From Klebsiella phage KMI11, in sequence record MN101225.1: a stretch of 64,000 bases of DNA, one strand, 5' to 3'. Under the pieces are notes generated by a model. It saw only the letters and a list, made by a program, of their open reading frames with translations, was not told where the DNA came from and ran no database searches. This document shows, one piece after another, positions 22,596 through 33,999 of the stretch. The number at the start of each line of letters is the position of its first letter. Position 1 is the first letter of the stretch. The translations under genes and the position numbers were made by a program.

Positions 22596-24419
22596 TTAAC
22601 CTACCCTAATCCAACGATAAACGGTGATTGTTGGCTGAATTTTAGTGATGTCATTTGGAACTACACCATTGTTTACTGCAACAGTGTCTTCACGGTATTT
22701 AGAATAACCTGGACCTTGTGCATCTGGGTCTAATTGACATCCGCCAATAACTACGCTGCCATGTTCAGGGTCTGAAATTAGAACTTTGTCCCTTGACATT
22801 AACTCAGGAATGTGTTCTTTTCCTAATGTAAATGTCAAATCACCAACTGTTCCACCTGCTGTTAACGATGGTTGCCCGTTTTCGTTTAGGTTATTATTGT
22901 TACGCGCAAAATAAGGGTCAGATGAATCATTATTCCAACCCGCAGTAACACGACCCTGAGAGTAAAGCTTCCATACACCAAATCCCATGTAATCGGCAGG
23001 GTTTGCATGGTTATGAGCGTTTTCATAAATCGTACCAATCGGATAAATTACGTCAAAGAATGCTGCAATGTTATTGACTTTAATCATAACATCATCAGCG
23101 ACAGGACGCATATTTTTCTGATTTGGTTCATCATAGTTAGTGTATTCAATGCGATTTTTTAGAGTTACTAATTGCTCAGCATTCATATACACTTGGTCGG
23201 TTTCTGCCATGATATCATCGATGTTCATAGTAGTACCGATGTTGTTGTTGAACCAACGAACAGTAAGAAGGTCTTTATCCTCGAACGCTTCGCCAAAAAT
23301 AATAGCTTCTACGTTAATACCAGTCGAGTCAAATTCCAGTCTGTAATCTTGGTTAGAATTTACCCATTGACCACCGTTGTTTATACAGTCTTCTGCATAT
23401 CCGCCTTCCGCGCCTTCACAATAAAATAAAGGAAGACCTGCAGTTCCAGCTTCGAGTAATTCCTTTCCGTTCAATGAAATTTCAAGCGAGTTAGGATTTA
23501 CCCCTACGCCTGGAAGTACACCCATGTCATCCAGAGTGATTCTGCGGAGAGTAGCAAGGTTATCTACTATCATTGACCCAGGAATCGTCTGGGATGCAGT
23601 CTGGGCTGAATCTCGTATCTGGATAGCTAACTTGTTGTATGAAGAACGATATACACCAATTCCATCTAAGAAGGTTTCAAATGTTATCACTTCCCCTTCA
23701 ACACATGGAACTTTTAAACGAATGTCTTTACCGTTTAATTCTACCAATTGACCCGCTACCGTTCCAGGAGAACCGTAATCAGCATTGGCTTTATCCATAA
23801 CGCTGGTTTCACCGTAATATAAAATATTACCACGACGATATACATTAAGCGAGTCTTCGTTATATTCTACGCCATCAAAAATGTTAAGAAAGTCAGTCTG
23901 ACCCGCAGTAGCAATAATTGATTTTTTCGCTACAGTACTTAAGTTACCATTAGTTAGCTTATCTACAGTTTTATTTTCAATATATTCCCAGCGGCCAGGG
24001 GCGCAATAAACCAATTCCAAATCTTGGAAGTTAGTATTGAAAATTTTAGGAGAAGCTGAACCTTTTAATGTATCGCCTTGAGCAGGAATAACTGTGATTG
24101 GGCTTAATCGCCAGGTTGACCAAACATCACGAAGTTTAATAACTTTGTTATAGTCGTTGGCTGTACCCTTTGGAAGCTGAACGTTAACTCTTGCTGCCTG
24201 GGTATTAATAGCAAAGGCCTGACCAAACTTAGCATTTAAAGTAGTTCCAGTAGGGCTAGCTTTAAAAGTTTTCCATGCACCTGCTGCGAATGGAACTGAA
24301 CCATCACCTAACTCTGAATATAAATCATCAAAGTTGTTATTAATTTTAAGACCACCTTTACGGAGGTAATCACCAGACCCATCATCTACTGATTGGCCTA
24401 CTATCAAATTTTGTTTCAT
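22596..24419 (-). CDS. 10: baseplate wedge subunit / tail pin gp10
   Basis: 607 aa (T4 gp10 is 602). Confidence 0.8.
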   Translation of the reverse strand: MKQNLIVGQSVDDGSGDYLRKGGLKINNNFDDLYSELGDGSVPFAAGAWKTFKASPTGTTLNAKFGQAFAINTQAARVNVQLPKGTANDYNKVIKLRDVWSTWRLSPITVIPAQGDTLKGSASPKIFNTNFQDLELVYCAPGRWEYIENKTVDKLTNGNLSTVAKKSIIATAGQTDFLNIFDGVEYNEDSLNVYRRGNILYYGETSVMDKANADYGSPGTVAGQLVELNGKDIRLKVPCVEGEVITFETFLDGIGVYRSSYNKLAIQIRDSAQTASQTIPGSMIVDNLATLRRITLDDMGVLPGVGVNPNSLEISLNGKELLEAGTAGLPLFYCEGAEGGYAEDCINNGGQWVNSNQDYRLEFDSTGINVEAIIFGEAFEDKDLLTVRWFNNNIGTTMNIDDIMAETDQVYMNAEQLVTLKNRIEYTNYDEPNQKNMRPVADDVMIKVNNIAAFFDVIYPIGTIYENAHNHANPADYMGFGVWKLYSQGRVTAGWNNDSSDPYFARNNNNLNENGQPSLTAGGTVGDLTFTLGKEHIPELMSRDKVLISDPEHGSVVIGGCQLDPDAQGPGYSKYREDTVAVNNGVVPNDITKIQPTITVYRWIRVG

Positions 24420-25330
24420 TATTGAGATACCCCTACGGTCTGTGTAGCAATAACTTTAACTGCCAAACGTGCGTTTCCATAAGATGTTGAAGCTGTGCAT
24501 ATTAAATCTTTCTGCGCGTTAATAGAGTATGAAATAGAATACATCTTTTCATTTTCAGATGATTCACCGCTTCTTAACACTGCATATTCAGTGTCAAATA
24601 CTCTTCCGTTTGGCGCTGATGAAGTAATAGTCGGATCAATCATAAGCATAACTTCAGATGATTGCCTTTTGATGGTTTGACCACCCGGATTTGCACTGAA
24701 GCTTAATAACAATTTAACGGTGGAGTAATCATCATTATATCCAATGCGGATATTAATAGGAGAACTTGTTAAATTATATGTAGCTTCTAATGGCGAATAT
24801 GTGCTGCCAAACATACTTGAAATTGAATAATCCCAAACAGCAGCACCGTTAGCTTTTACCTCAACACACCATAGCTCAATTCTGCATCTTGGGGTATTAA
24901 TAACTAACTCTCGCGATCCATCTTTAAATGCATCTGCTACGCCTTCACCATTTGTTGTTATTTTTATGGGTCTAGCTTTTGACGCTGATCCATTACTATT
25001 TACAATGAATACAGCTTCTCCCGCTTTACCCTTTGAAAGACGTATTTGAACTGCACCTTCTGAACAATCTGCGTCTAAACATGCTCCCATTGGAACTGTT
25101 CCTGCAGAGTTAGCATCACCAAATTTTACCTTTTGATAATAGCTTGTTGCATGAATTTTTTGACTTCCTTTTCCAGACCCTGCAGCAAATAACCTTTGAT
25201 CTCCAAATGCGTTATAAATGGCGTCATAGTTTTGATTTATTTTGACGCCGCCAGCATATAAAATGTCGCCCGTAGAAGCATTACCTACTTCACCGACGTC
25301 AATAACCTTTTTACCTTCATCTACATACAT
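24419..25330 (-). CDS. 9: baseplate wedge protein gp9 (long tail fibre connector)
   Basis: 303 aa (T4 gp9 is 288), between 8 and 10. Confidence 0.75.
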   Translation of the reverse strand: MYVDEGKKVIDVGEVGNASTGDILYAGGVKINQNYDAIYNAFGDQRLFAAGSGKGSQKIHATSYYQKVKFGDANSAGTVPMGACLDADCSEGAVQIRLSKGKAGEAVFIVNSNGSASKARPIKITTNGEGVADAFKDGSRELVINTPRCRIELWCVEVKANGAAVWDYSISSMFGSTYSPLEATYNLTSSPINIRIGYNDDYSTVKLLLSFSANPGGQTIKRQSSEVMLMIDPTITSSAPNGRVFDTEYAVLRSGESSENEKMYSISYSINAQKDLICTASTSYGNARLAVKVIATQTVGVSQ

Positions 25331-25349
25331 AGTAGTAACCTCTTATCAA

Positions 25350-25357
25350 AGTATAGT
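25350..25357 (-). promoter_or_regulatory. late promoter TATAAATA for gene 9
   Basis: TATTTATA on the plus strand, 20 nt upstream of the 9 start. Confidence 0.5.
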
Positions 25358-25372
25358 CCTATTTATATAAAA

Positions 25373-25396
25373 ATGGGGAGCCGAAGGCTCCCCATA
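25373..25396 (-). terminator. rho-independent terminator after gene 8
   Basis: GGGGAGCC-UUCG-GCUCCCC hairpin plus a T-run on the minus strand. Confidence 0.6.
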
Positions 25397-25397
25397 A

Positions 25398-26426
25398 TTA
25401 AAACTCGAAAATTAAGTTTAATTCTTCCGTTTGGTCCATTGAACGAATAATAGGTTGCCGATTTTCCATGTAAATCATTTCACCTGACTGTCTTTCAAGA
25501 CCAGAAGCACTATACCAGCCTTTTTCAGCCTTAACGTTAGGAGAATTTGGCATTGGCTTAACTTCAAGCGGATTAGTTATAATTGATAGCTGTCTAAATC
25601 CGGTATTTCCTGGAAGACTGAACTCCGGAAAATAAACCGCATCAAGATACGCTTTAAATCTAATCGTATTACACTTCATACGATAGATTAGGTTAAAGTC
25701 GTTTTGTTGCCAAGTTAAGTTGTTTTGAAATCCCCATCGAGCTGGAGATTCTTGAATCTCTTCTGGCCAAGGAACTACAATATATTCATTTGTGCATCTA
25801 TTGATTGATACATCAGCTGGGATTTCATATAGATATTCCCAAAGATATCCATCACCTAAATCGACAGTACCATTTGCATCACCACGACCACGAGGAGCTG
25901 AACCTGAAATAGCTGATGGTGTCCATTTACCCCCAAGCTTAATACATTCGTCTTTGCTTGTAAGATTTCCAATTGAACACATTCCGTCTTTTGGAACATC
26001 AATACATCTATATACCATCCATCCAAATCCAGCGTCAGTTCTGTTATATGGCGCAGAGTTAGCAACAACAATGTCGCCAATCAAAAATGTACGCGGGTTA
26101 GGATATCTAGTATCACCCCAGTCTCTTCTTGGAACAACACAATCAAGCATTGATGATTCAATTTTGACCGCGCCCATCATATTTGTCCAAACATCAACCA
26201 CACCGTCTTCATTATCGGCCGGGTATGGAGGTGCAAATCCGGGTTCAGATTCGTTATCTGACCACGGAGTGCTTTTACCAAATGAAACATACAACGTGTT
26301 TTGGTCCGTTCCCGGACCAATTGATTTATAAAATGTGTACATCTTTTCAGTTCTAAACTTAGATGTAATGATAGCACGATAAATCGTGCTACGCGTTGAA
26401 CTTGCTCTTGTTGAATTACTCATCAA
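25398..26426 (-). CDS. 8: baseplate wedge protein gp8
   Basis: 342 aa (T4 gp8 is 334). Confidence 0.8.
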   Translation of the reverse strand: MMSNSTRASSTRSTIYRAIITSKFRTEKMYTFYKSIGPGTDQNTLYVSFGKSTPWSDNESEPGFAPPYPADNEDGVVDVWTNMMGAVKIESSMLDCVVPRRDWGDTRYPNPRTFLIGDIVVANSAPYNRTDAGFGWMVYRCIDVPKDGMCSIGNLTSKDECIKLGGKWTPSAISGSAPRGRGDANGTVDLGDGYLWEYLYEIPADVSINRCTNEYIVVPWPEEIQESPARWGFQNNLTWQQNDFNLIYRMKCNTIRFKAYLDAVYFPEFSLPGNTGFRQLSIITNPLEVKPMPNSPNVKAEKGWYSASGLERQSGEMIYMENRQPIIRSMDQTEELNLIFEF

Positions 26427-29400
26427 TTTTTACCTGTGTCGGATTTTCAGGATCGCGAGGATTACCTGCATCGTCTTTAAGACGTTGGTTAACTAAATCG
26501 CGATAATTAGCAAACGTTACTGCTGATTGGTCAAACGTAGGACTTAACGGTTTACGTCGTTGTCCAGGGTTTTGTCCAGCGATAACACTATTGTTATTTT
26601 CTTGATTATAGTTAGCAGGTAACGGGAAAGGTTCACCAGCTTGAGTCCGTGAAGAATACCTAGGCTCATTGGTTATTGGGTCTCTTTCTATTGTATCATC
26701 TGAAGCGATAATAGCAACTCTATCAGGATAAACTGATGGCAGTCCTGCATCCCATTTATAGTTCTTGAGTTTATTTATGATAGTCTCAACATGCTTCATA
26801 TTTAAGCCACTATTGATAAACATTGTCAGCAATGTTATACCAATGAAACCGAAACCTACCGGATGAACAAACCTTAATACATCGTCGCGGAAACGAGAAG
26901 TAGGAAGCTGAGACTTAATTTTCATAACATAGTAAGAACGGCTGCGGTTTATATAATCAATGTTATTACTCAACATATCCTTTCCGCGGACACCTTGAAC
27001 TATAATACCCTCAAAGTCCGTACGCTCTGATTTAATTTCCTGGCCTTCAATGAACCGTCCTGATAAGTTATGAATAGTAATACGCCATAACAGACGACCA
27101 TCCCAGTATTCTCTCTCGATATAAGTCACATTGCTACGACCGGAAGCAGTATAAATCGTACGACCAACTAAATCGTCAGAAATATTTGTGCTTTCAACAA
27201 TAATGTCATATTCGGTAGTGTTCTTTGACTCAATATCGATTTCAACATCTTCGTTATAAAGAAGCTTAAACAGGAACTTATATGAGTCTTCAATTCCTTT
27301 AGTAGCATAGAAATCATTCTTGCGTGCTTCAAAGAAACGGACGACAGCGTCACGAGCGTCTTTACTCAGATAAATGTTGCGTTTATAAACTTCTGACCAC
27401 AGATATTCCCATGCATTTTCTTCGCGAGGATATTTGTTCTTAACAAGATTAACGAGACTGTTGTAATGTGTTCCATTTCCATCTGAAAGGAATTGGAGAT
27501 AGTACTTACAAAAGTGTTCAAAATTACTATCTTGTAGCAAGTAACTATCCGGCATCATTTTAGTAAGATACGGACGTAAATCTGGGTCACGTAAGCCTGG
27601 AGTATGTTCAGGTGTCCAGTCTTCTTCCCGTGTTTGGTTCTGTAGAAATGCCTTAAACATTACATCAGTTGGTTTCCAGTTAAGCGTTACCTGGTCACGA
27701 ACACGGTAGTCAAATGCGTAATAGCCTATCAGTTTTCCGTCTGGTTCGTGAAACATGATGCCAGAAGCATACTGCAAAAATCCATTAAATGAAACTGGAG
27801 GGCAATAAAACGTTGCGTCACCTTTATCCCACACTTCCGATAGAATACGCTCGGTAGTTCCCTGCGCCGCTGCATCTACTCTTTTTTGATAAAGAATATC
27901 ATTATAAATGACAACTGCATGGTCAGCTGTACTTATCCAGCATCTGTTGCCTTCACGAGCCATCCAGACAAACCAAGGTTCAGCATAAAACCTCATAGGT
28001 CCAGGAACAAATGTTTCCCATCTTGAAAATTCATCTGCTCTGAAACTCATCATGTGATAATGCTTATCAGAGTGATACTGAATTGGGTTAACATTTTTAA
28101 CTGCGGTAGAAATTAGTTCTGGATATTTCGTCTCAAGCTCAATATCCTGAGCGTACTCTGTTGTCTTAAAATTAGCTGATGAAAAGAATATTTCCTTTCC
28201 GTCAGTTGACATAGAAGTCCATAAATGCTCTATACGACGTTTTTCTTCATCTGTATTACCGAATACACGTTTCCATTTATTTGTGTCTTCCTGGTAAACA
28301 TAGACGCCTTTAGTTGCAGAATCCACAACGTTCCTTGGGTCTGTTGGGTCTAATCCTAAGGTTTTAACTTCCCCGGTAATAAGGGCAAAGATTTTGCCTC
28401 CAACGGAATCCATTTTAAAGCATACAGATTTAGGATTGCCTGTTATATGAGATACTTCCTTTTCAAACACCTTTTCACCAAATGTAGGACTTAAAGGGTC
28501 AGTATCTATTGGAGCATCTTTTAATTTAACTTTACGGACAGTGTCTTTTGCAACAACGTACAAATAGTCATCATTACATGTAAACGCTTCAGCATATTTG
28601 GTAACGTCAGCGGGCAATGATGCATACGTTCCGAATAACTCTACTTCAAAGCCAAGCTTTAACTGGTCTCCCAATTTAGCAAATGTAACTTCGTTATCGC
28701 TAAACTTAACCTCGTTTGATGACCAGCGTACGTCAGATGATTTCCTTCCGTAAAAGATTTTATCATATCCTAAAACATAAGAAGTAGTTTTAGATTGATA
28801 AATGACTACTCGTGAAACCGGATTTCCGACGCGGTCATTAAATAACTGAACGTATTGCCAATTCTGTCCTTTGTCATTTGATACTTTAACCATATGTTGG
28901 AATCTTTCAAACAGATACAAAATTCCGTCTATTTCTCCCAGCATAGTTCTATTTTTATCAACACACACTGCTTCAATAGGTCCCTGAATTTCATGATATC
29001 CAGATTCACCTACAACGAAGTTTTCGATAGCTGATAAATGAGAATATTCAGGACTAAACTGAAAAGACTCAGTCATCAAAGACGCCATCATGGCAGATGT
29101 GTTGAAGTTAACATACGACATGTTGTTTAAAGAAAACTTCTGTTTAATGAATTCTTTCACTAAACTGAATTCTTGCATATGCTCAAATGTGTATGCGTTT
29201 TCTTCAAAAGTTTGGAACTCTTCTGTTTCAACCCATTCAGACGGTTCAAATCCTGCTGACGTAGTTTGAACACGCATTTTATAATAAGTAAGCGGTTCAA
29301 TACGATTTTGTTCGAACCAATCATTATCCGCGGTATAACCCAGTGAAGACCAACTCAAGTTATCAGCGGGGATAATTTCCCCCGCTCTGTTTCGAGTTTC

Positions 29401-29514
29401 GGCCAGTTCTACAAAATAGTAGAAGTTTGCACCAACGTCATCCCAACGAATATTGACCTGATTCGCAGATAGCTTATGAATTCGTAAGCTGGTGACGAAC
29501 GGTGCAATTGTCAT
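26416..29514 (-). CDS. 7: baseplate wedge protein gp7
   Basis: 1032 aa, identical in length to T4 gp7. Confidence 0.85.
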   Translation of the reverse strand: MTIAPFVTSLRIHKLSANQVNIRWDDVGANFYYFVELAETRNRAGEIIPADNLSWSSLGYTADNDWFEQNRIEPLTYYKMRVQTTSAGFEPSEWVETEEFQTFEENAYTFEHMQEFSLVKEFIKQKFSLNNMSYVNFNTSAMMASLMTESFQFSPEYSHLSAIENFVVGESGYHEIQGPIEAVCVDKNRTMLGEIDGILYLFERFQHMVKVSNDKGQNWQYVQLFNDRVGNPVSRVVIYQSKTTSYVLGYDKIFYGRKSSDVRWSSNEVKFSDNEVTFAKLGDQLKLGFEVELFGTYASLPADVTKYAEAFTCNDDYLYVVAKDTVRKVKLKDAPIDTDPLSPTFGEKVFEKEVSHITGNPKSVCFKMDSVGGKIFALITGEVKTLGLDPTDPRNVVDSATKGVYVYQEDTNKWKRVFGNTDEEKRRIEHLWTSMSTDGKEIFFSSANFKTTEYAQDIELETKYPELISTAVKNVNPIQYHSDKHYHMMSFRADEFSRWETFVPGPMRFYAEPWFVWMAREGNRCWISTADHAVVIYNDILYQKRVDAAAQGTTERILSEVWDKGDATFYCPPVSFNGFLQYASGIMFHEPDGKLIGYYAFDYRVRDQVTLNWKPTDVMFKAFLQNQTREEDWTPEHTPGLRDPDLRPYLTKMMPDSYLLQDSNFEHFCKYYLQFLSDGNGTHYNSLVNLVKNKYPREENAWEYLWSEVYKRNIYLSKDARDAVVRFFEARKNDFYATKGIEDSYKFLFKLLYNEDVEIDIESKNTTEYDIIVESTNISDDLVGRTIYTASGRSNVTYIEREYWDGRLLWRITIHNLSGRFIEGQEIKSERTDFEGIIVQGVRGKDMLSNNIDYINRSRSYYVMKIKSQLPTSRFRDDVLRFVHPVGFGFIGITLLTMFINSGLNMKHVETIINKLKNYKWDAGLPSVYPDRVAIIASDDTIERDPITNEPRYSSRTQAGEPFPLPANYNQENNNSVIAGQNPGQRRKPLSPTFDQSAVTFANYRDLVNQRLKDDAGNPRDPENPTQVKIDE

Positions 29515-31517
29515 TGAGTAATAGGCTCCAATTTAATAGTTGTGTATTGAGGACGAAGGTCATTCTCAAATACGATAAGTGTTCCATCGCGGGCGAATAT
29601 GATATCCTGAGTAGGAGTAGAGTAAAGCTCAATACTCTGGTCTTCAAATTGAAGAGGATCGGCTCCAATAGCTCCAAGGCTCCAGTAAATATTATCACCA
29701 TAATAATCTACTTCACCGATTTTGTACCAACGAGTTCTTTCGCCGACGGTATTTCTATCAAAATCGTTTTCAGTATATGGCTGGATATGAGTATTCTCTT
29801 TAATGTCACCTGGCTTAAATGGTCCAATGACCATATTTCCTTTACCATTTTTATCTGGGTCAGTTCCAACGATATTAACTGAATACGGTTCAGCAGTTGG
29901 GGTAACAGTAAAGACCAAATCACCAGAACGTAACGTCCGCGGAGTAATAGTATTATAGTATTTAATACCTGCGCTAGGAAGAGTGAAATAGTTGACAATT
30001 TCACGAACCATCTGAATATCCACAGAAGAACCGATGATTGAGTGGTCAGTGTCATCAATGTAAGTCAACAACTTAGATTTACTGAAATTTTTGTTGAACA
30101 TTTCAACTTCATCAACGTAATATCTATTAATCGAGTCTATAATTTTTGACTGTAACCACTGCTCTGATTCTTGCAACTTATTCAATGCATAAGAAGCTTT
30201 AATATTATGACGAATGAATAAGTAATCTGGGCTCATTACCGAAGGAGTAATCGGAGCAAGACAGAAAGGTTTTAGATAATCCTGAATGTCTTCTCTTTGA
30301 ACAGCGGTTAACTGCAACCCAGATTTTGGTTTAATTGCGATAAATGCATATCCGGGTTTGTCCTGATCAGTAAAGCATTGTACTGCTTGTACGATAGAAC
30401 CAAAGCGTGAACTAACGAATGATTCATAGTCAGTTTTAGACACGCAACGCATTTGAGATTCGCGCTTAATCTGGGCTAGCTCACGAATACGCTCTATGTC
30501 TTCAGGTTCACCACCGCCATCAGCGCCAACATAATCAGGAGAATCTGACCAGTTTTCAATGATTCTATTTACTACGATATATTGCAGAGTATCCGCATAA
30601 CTAAATTCAGTCGCGCCGTTAGCAGCTTCACCGTCAGTACGAATATATTCAATAACGACTTGCGCGCCTTTAGTGGGTTTTAATCCACCAATGAAGTTGC
30701 TTTCAAGAACTCCTCCTGCCACAGATGCTTCTGCCACACCTTCACCAAAGAAGAATTCTGTATTTCCATCGACGGTTTCACGCATATAATAAATTGTTGA
30801 AATAGACGAAGCATGAACCATTGATCGGTCTGTCCAGTTAGTCCATTCAGCGCCATCCACCCACAGCTTAACCTGCTTGCGGTCAATTGACTGATCGCGA
30901 ATAACAATAGGTTTCTTCGGGTCATATGACAATTGAGTACGAATAATACGTCCTTGTGCCAAATTAACAATGGGCCAATATTTCTGGTCGTTATCACGAA
31001 TAGCCACAACGTTTTCAGTAACAACGAAGTTATATGGGTTGGCTTTATCGGATTTTGAGTATGCTAAAAATTTAGTTCCTCGTGGAATTACAACTCTCAG
31101 CGTGCTGCTCGGGTTCATGTGAGTTACCTCAAGCATAATAGATGCAGTAGCCGCTGATTTGGAACTTGGCAAATACCCGTTTTGTTGAGCTGCTTGAACA
31201 ACGGAACTTCTCAAGTTAGCTGTTCCAATAAAGCTTTCGTATAAAGCAGTATTACTAAATTGCTGTATGTAAAGCGTGTTATATGCTAATAAGTCTAATA
31301 GCACGTTTAAACGCGAACCAGCAAAATCAAAGTCCTGAAACTCTTTTTGACCGCTAAGCCAGTTAATAAGCTGATTTTTAATTTCATCGAATGTTGCTCC
31401 AGTAAATGCGTCTGGGATAGCGTTTGCAGTACGCGTTAACTGATAATTTAAAGGTTCTTTAATAGCCATTAGTGTATGAATACCTTTGAGCTTGATTGCG
31501 CGACAGTGTCGCCACAA
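29511..31517 (-). CDS. 6: baseplate wedge protein gp6
   Basis: 668 aa (T4 gp6 is 660). Confidence 0.85.
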   Translation of the reverse strand: MWRHCRAIKLKGIHTLMAIKEPLNYQLTRTANAIPDAFTGATFDEIKNQLINWLSGQKEFQDFDFAGSRLNVLLDLLAYNTLYIQQFSNTALYESFIGTANLRSSVVQAAQQNGYLPSSKSAATASIMLEVTHMNPSSTLRVVIPRGTKFLAYSKSDKANPYNFVVTENVVAIRDNDQKYWPIVNLAQGRIIRTQLSYDPKKPIVIRDQSIDRKQVKLWVDGAEWTNWTDRSMVHASSISTIYYMRETVDGNTEFFFGEGVAEASVAGGVLESNFIGGLKPTKGAQVVIEYIRTDGEAANGATEFSYADTLQYIVVNRIIENWSDSPDYVGADGGGEPEDIERIRELAQIKRESQMRCVSKTDYESFVSSRFGSIVQAVQCFTDQDKPGYAFIAIKPKSGLQLTAVQREDIQDYLKPFCLAPITPSVMSPDYLFIRHNIKASYALNKLQESEQWLQSKIIDSINRYYVDEVEMFNKNFSKSKLLTYIDDTDHSIIGSSVDIQMVREIVNYFTLPSAGIKYYNTITPRTLRSGDLVFTVTPTAEPYSVNIVGTDPDKNGKGNMVIGPFKPGDIKENTHIQPYTENDFDRNTVGERTRWYKIGEVDYYGDNIYWSLGAIGADPLQFEDQSIELYSTPTQDIIFARDGTLIVFENDLRPQYTTIKLEPITQ

Positions 31518-31762
31518 GAAATTGGATCGGCCATTTGAACAGCTTTTTTGCCTGTTACAAATACCTTGGATGTGCGAGGTTGAACAACTCCTCCATGCGT
31601 ATCATGAGGGTCAACCGTCTTGGTGTGTGGGGTAATTGAGTCGCCATCAACTAATACCGCTATTCCACCAGTGAATACTTTACTTTGTGTAGCATTTACT
31701 TCTGTCGGAGGATACGCACTATGCCCGGCAGTTAAGCATTTATTAAATGATAGTCCAGCCAT
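31469..31762 (-). CDS. 5.4: PAAR-repeat spike-tip protein gp5.4
   Basis: 97 aa, the same length as T4 gp5.4, with a conserved Cys/His pattern. Confidence 0.8.
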   Translation of the reverse strand: MAGLSFNKCLTAGHSAYPPTEVNATQSKVFTGGIAVLVDGDSITPHTKTVDPHDTHGGVVQPRTSKVFVTGKKAVQMADPISCGDTVAQSSSKVFIH

Positions 31763-32266
31763 TTAGTTCCCCGCATATACATAAGCACGAAGTTGGTCGC
31801 CCCATCTGCTCCAGTTACCTTTAACGGTTTGAGAGTAAACCTTTTGCTTTTTATATTCTGTTACGATTGGAGCGCTAGAACCTCCGGATGAACCTCCAGA
31901 CGATTCTTCTGTCACTGTATATATTATCTCAACTGTATAGGTAAATGTCTTCTCTAGTGTTCTGGGGGCTTTCCACAGATATAAATCAGCAGTTTTGGGA
32001 TTAGGTAAATCCTCCCACGCTGAAGCGGACTTCAGCTCATCGCCTTCACGGTATTTAAGCACATCGTTTCCAAAAGTAAAAACTGAGTTATAATTACCTT
32101 TATAATAGGTTTCAGACACAGAGATATCAGATACTGGTTGATAGTCGATAATATTTATTGATTTTAATGTTTCGTTGGTAGATAATTGAGCAGTAAAGTA
32201 CTGCTCAACATATTCACCTTCTATTACTTCACGTAACGTAGTATTGATTGGGAGTATATCAGCCAT
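31763..32266 (-). CDS. 5.1: gp5.1 hypothetical protein
   Basis: 167-aa ORF between 5 and 5.4, with a Gly/Ser linker. Confidence 0.55.
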   Translation of the reverse strand: MADILPINTTLREVIEGEYVEQYFTAQLSTNETLKSINIIDYQPVSDISVSETYYKGNYNSVFTFGNDVLKYREGDELKSASAWEDLPNPKTADLYLWKAPRTLEKTFTYTVEIIYTVTEESSGGSSGGSSAPIVTEYKKQKVYSQTVKGNWSRWGDQLRAYVYAGN

Positions 32267-32268
32267 GA

Positions 32269-33999
32269 TTAACCTACATCAATTCGTGAACCATCAACAG
32301 TGTATTGACCTTGGGCGATTGAGCTCATAGAAGCCATTGTTTCAGTCCAAGCACCACCAACATTCCAATTCACAGTACCTGCTACCTGCCAAGTTAAATT
32401 ACCACCGACGGTCACGTCGTGGTTGCCATCTACTTTAGTAGTGGCATCACCATTGACTTGGATATCAGCATTTCCTTCAACGACTATCTTAATGTTACCC
32501 TTGACAAAAATAGTACCATTGCCTTCAATCGTTTTAGTTTCATTTCCACGTACGTAAAGCGTGTTATCGCCATCAATTTGCTGTCGACGATTATACATGT
32601 TATAATAGGTCTCGTTCCCTCCAACGTTAACCTTCTTATCCCCAGAGATTAAAATATTTCCATCACCCTGAGTCATGTCATATAAATCAGCTACAGTTTT
32701 TCTGGTACGACGTCCATCAGGAGCAACTTCTTCATATGAACCTGTTGGATGAACAATACGATAGCGTTCATAGCCAGGTGTATCATCAAATTCTTGGATA
32801 TGGCCTGATTCTGTTTCCATCGTATGAACATACGGATATTGACCGTTATATGAAGATTCGGGTTCTTTGAAAAGAATTCTTGAATCCTCTGGGGTCCACG
32901 GGTCTTCAGGATTACCACCAGACTTCGGTTCTACGTAAGCCGCAGACAGTGTTTTTCCTTCAGGCTTTGGAGCAGGAACTCCATATGATTCCATGTTACC
33001 CGTTAGAATAATCATAGAAACACGAGAAGCACGACCTTTTGTTTGATTAAACCACACGGAGTTTCTTGCTTCAGTATAGGCGGTTTTCCAATCACCAATG
33101 AGCATGGCATCAAGCATTTTACCAAATTTTGCTAATCCACCTACACCCATTTGAAAACTCATATTTTCTAAAGCCATCTGCCTTGACTTGTTGACTTTAG
33201 CATATACAGGTCCTACCCGTGAATTTGTTTTAATGTCAGAAAGCATTTTATCACGATCTTTCTTAAATAGTGCAACTGCTTCGTCCATTGTAATGATACC
33301 GGGATTTCCTGTAACAGTACGACCAACCTGATTAGATAAAGTTTTATTAATGACAGACATATCACGTACTTTTTGTGCCATGATAAGGTGTCCAATACCG
33401 ACTGTAGGATATCCTTCTGTATCCCAATAGACTTTCAATCTAAGACCTTCATCCCTATTAAGCATATCTGTTATTGTAATTGCAGGATTTGGGTCTTCAG
33501 GAATATCGCTTAGGTCAGCATCGTCAGGATTAATGCCAATATCCAAGTTTCTATCTTGGATGATGTTTGGTATAGCACTATACCCAGTTTCATCGCCTTG
33601 AACTAGTGGGTTGGTATCTGACCCAACCTGTCTAGGATATTGACCTGTGGGGTCAGAAAAACCTTCCGTGTAGTTTGGCTTAGTTTTTCTGTGCGCAGAA
33701 TATGTTCCTATTACTAATCCTGCTGTTTTGAATTCATCAAGCCATAAGCCAAATACAGATGTTCCTTCAACCATTCCGGTTATAGATGAGCCAACTCCGG
33801 AAATTCCAGCTGAGTTTGTAGGCTGAATCACTGACATCCAAGGAAGGTCTTCGGTAGGAAGACCAGTTATAGCTCCTTGCACCTTTTCAAACGGATGAAG
33901 CCCGTAAACGCGTACTCGCACTCTTCCTTGTTTCAACGGGTCTTGTCTGTCTTCAACAACACCGGTAAACCATTTCAACGAATCATTCATTTCAATCAT
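32269..33999 (-). CDS. 5: baseplate hub / cell-puncturing spike with lysozyme domain, gp5
   Basis: 576 aa (T4 gp5 is 575). N-terminal OB domain. Central T4-lysozyme-like domain (RDEGLRLKVYWDTEGYPTVGIGHL). C-terminal VxGxxxx beta-helix repeats. Confidence 0.9.
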   Translation of the reverse strand: MIEMNDSLKWFTGVVEDRQDPLKQGRVRVRVYGLHPFEKVQGAITGLPTEDLPWMSVIQPTNSAGISGVGSSITGMVEGTSVFGLWLDEFKTAGLVIGTYSAHRKTKPNYTEGFSDPTGQYPRQVGSDTNPLVQGDETGYSAIPNIIQDRNLDIGINPDDADLSDIPEDPNPAITITDMLNRDEGLRLKVYWDTEGYPTVGIGHLIMAQKVRDMSVINKTLSNQVGRTVTGNPGIITMDEAVALFKKDRDKMLSDIKTNSRVGPVYAKVNKSRQMALENMSFQMGVGGLAKFGKMLDAMLIGDWKTAYTEARNSVWFNQTKGRASRVSMIILTGNMESYGVPAPKPEGKTLSAAYVEPKSGGNPEDPWTPEDSRILFKEPESSYNGQYPYVHTMETESGHIQEFDDTPGYERYRIVHPTGSYEEVAPDGRRTRKTVADLYDMTQGDGNILISGDKKVNVGGNETYYNMYNRRQQIDGDNTLYVRGNETKTIEGNGTIFVKGNIKIVVEGNADIQVNGDATTKVDGNHDVTVGGNLTWQVAGTVNWNVGGAWTETMASMSSIAQGQYTVDGSRIDVG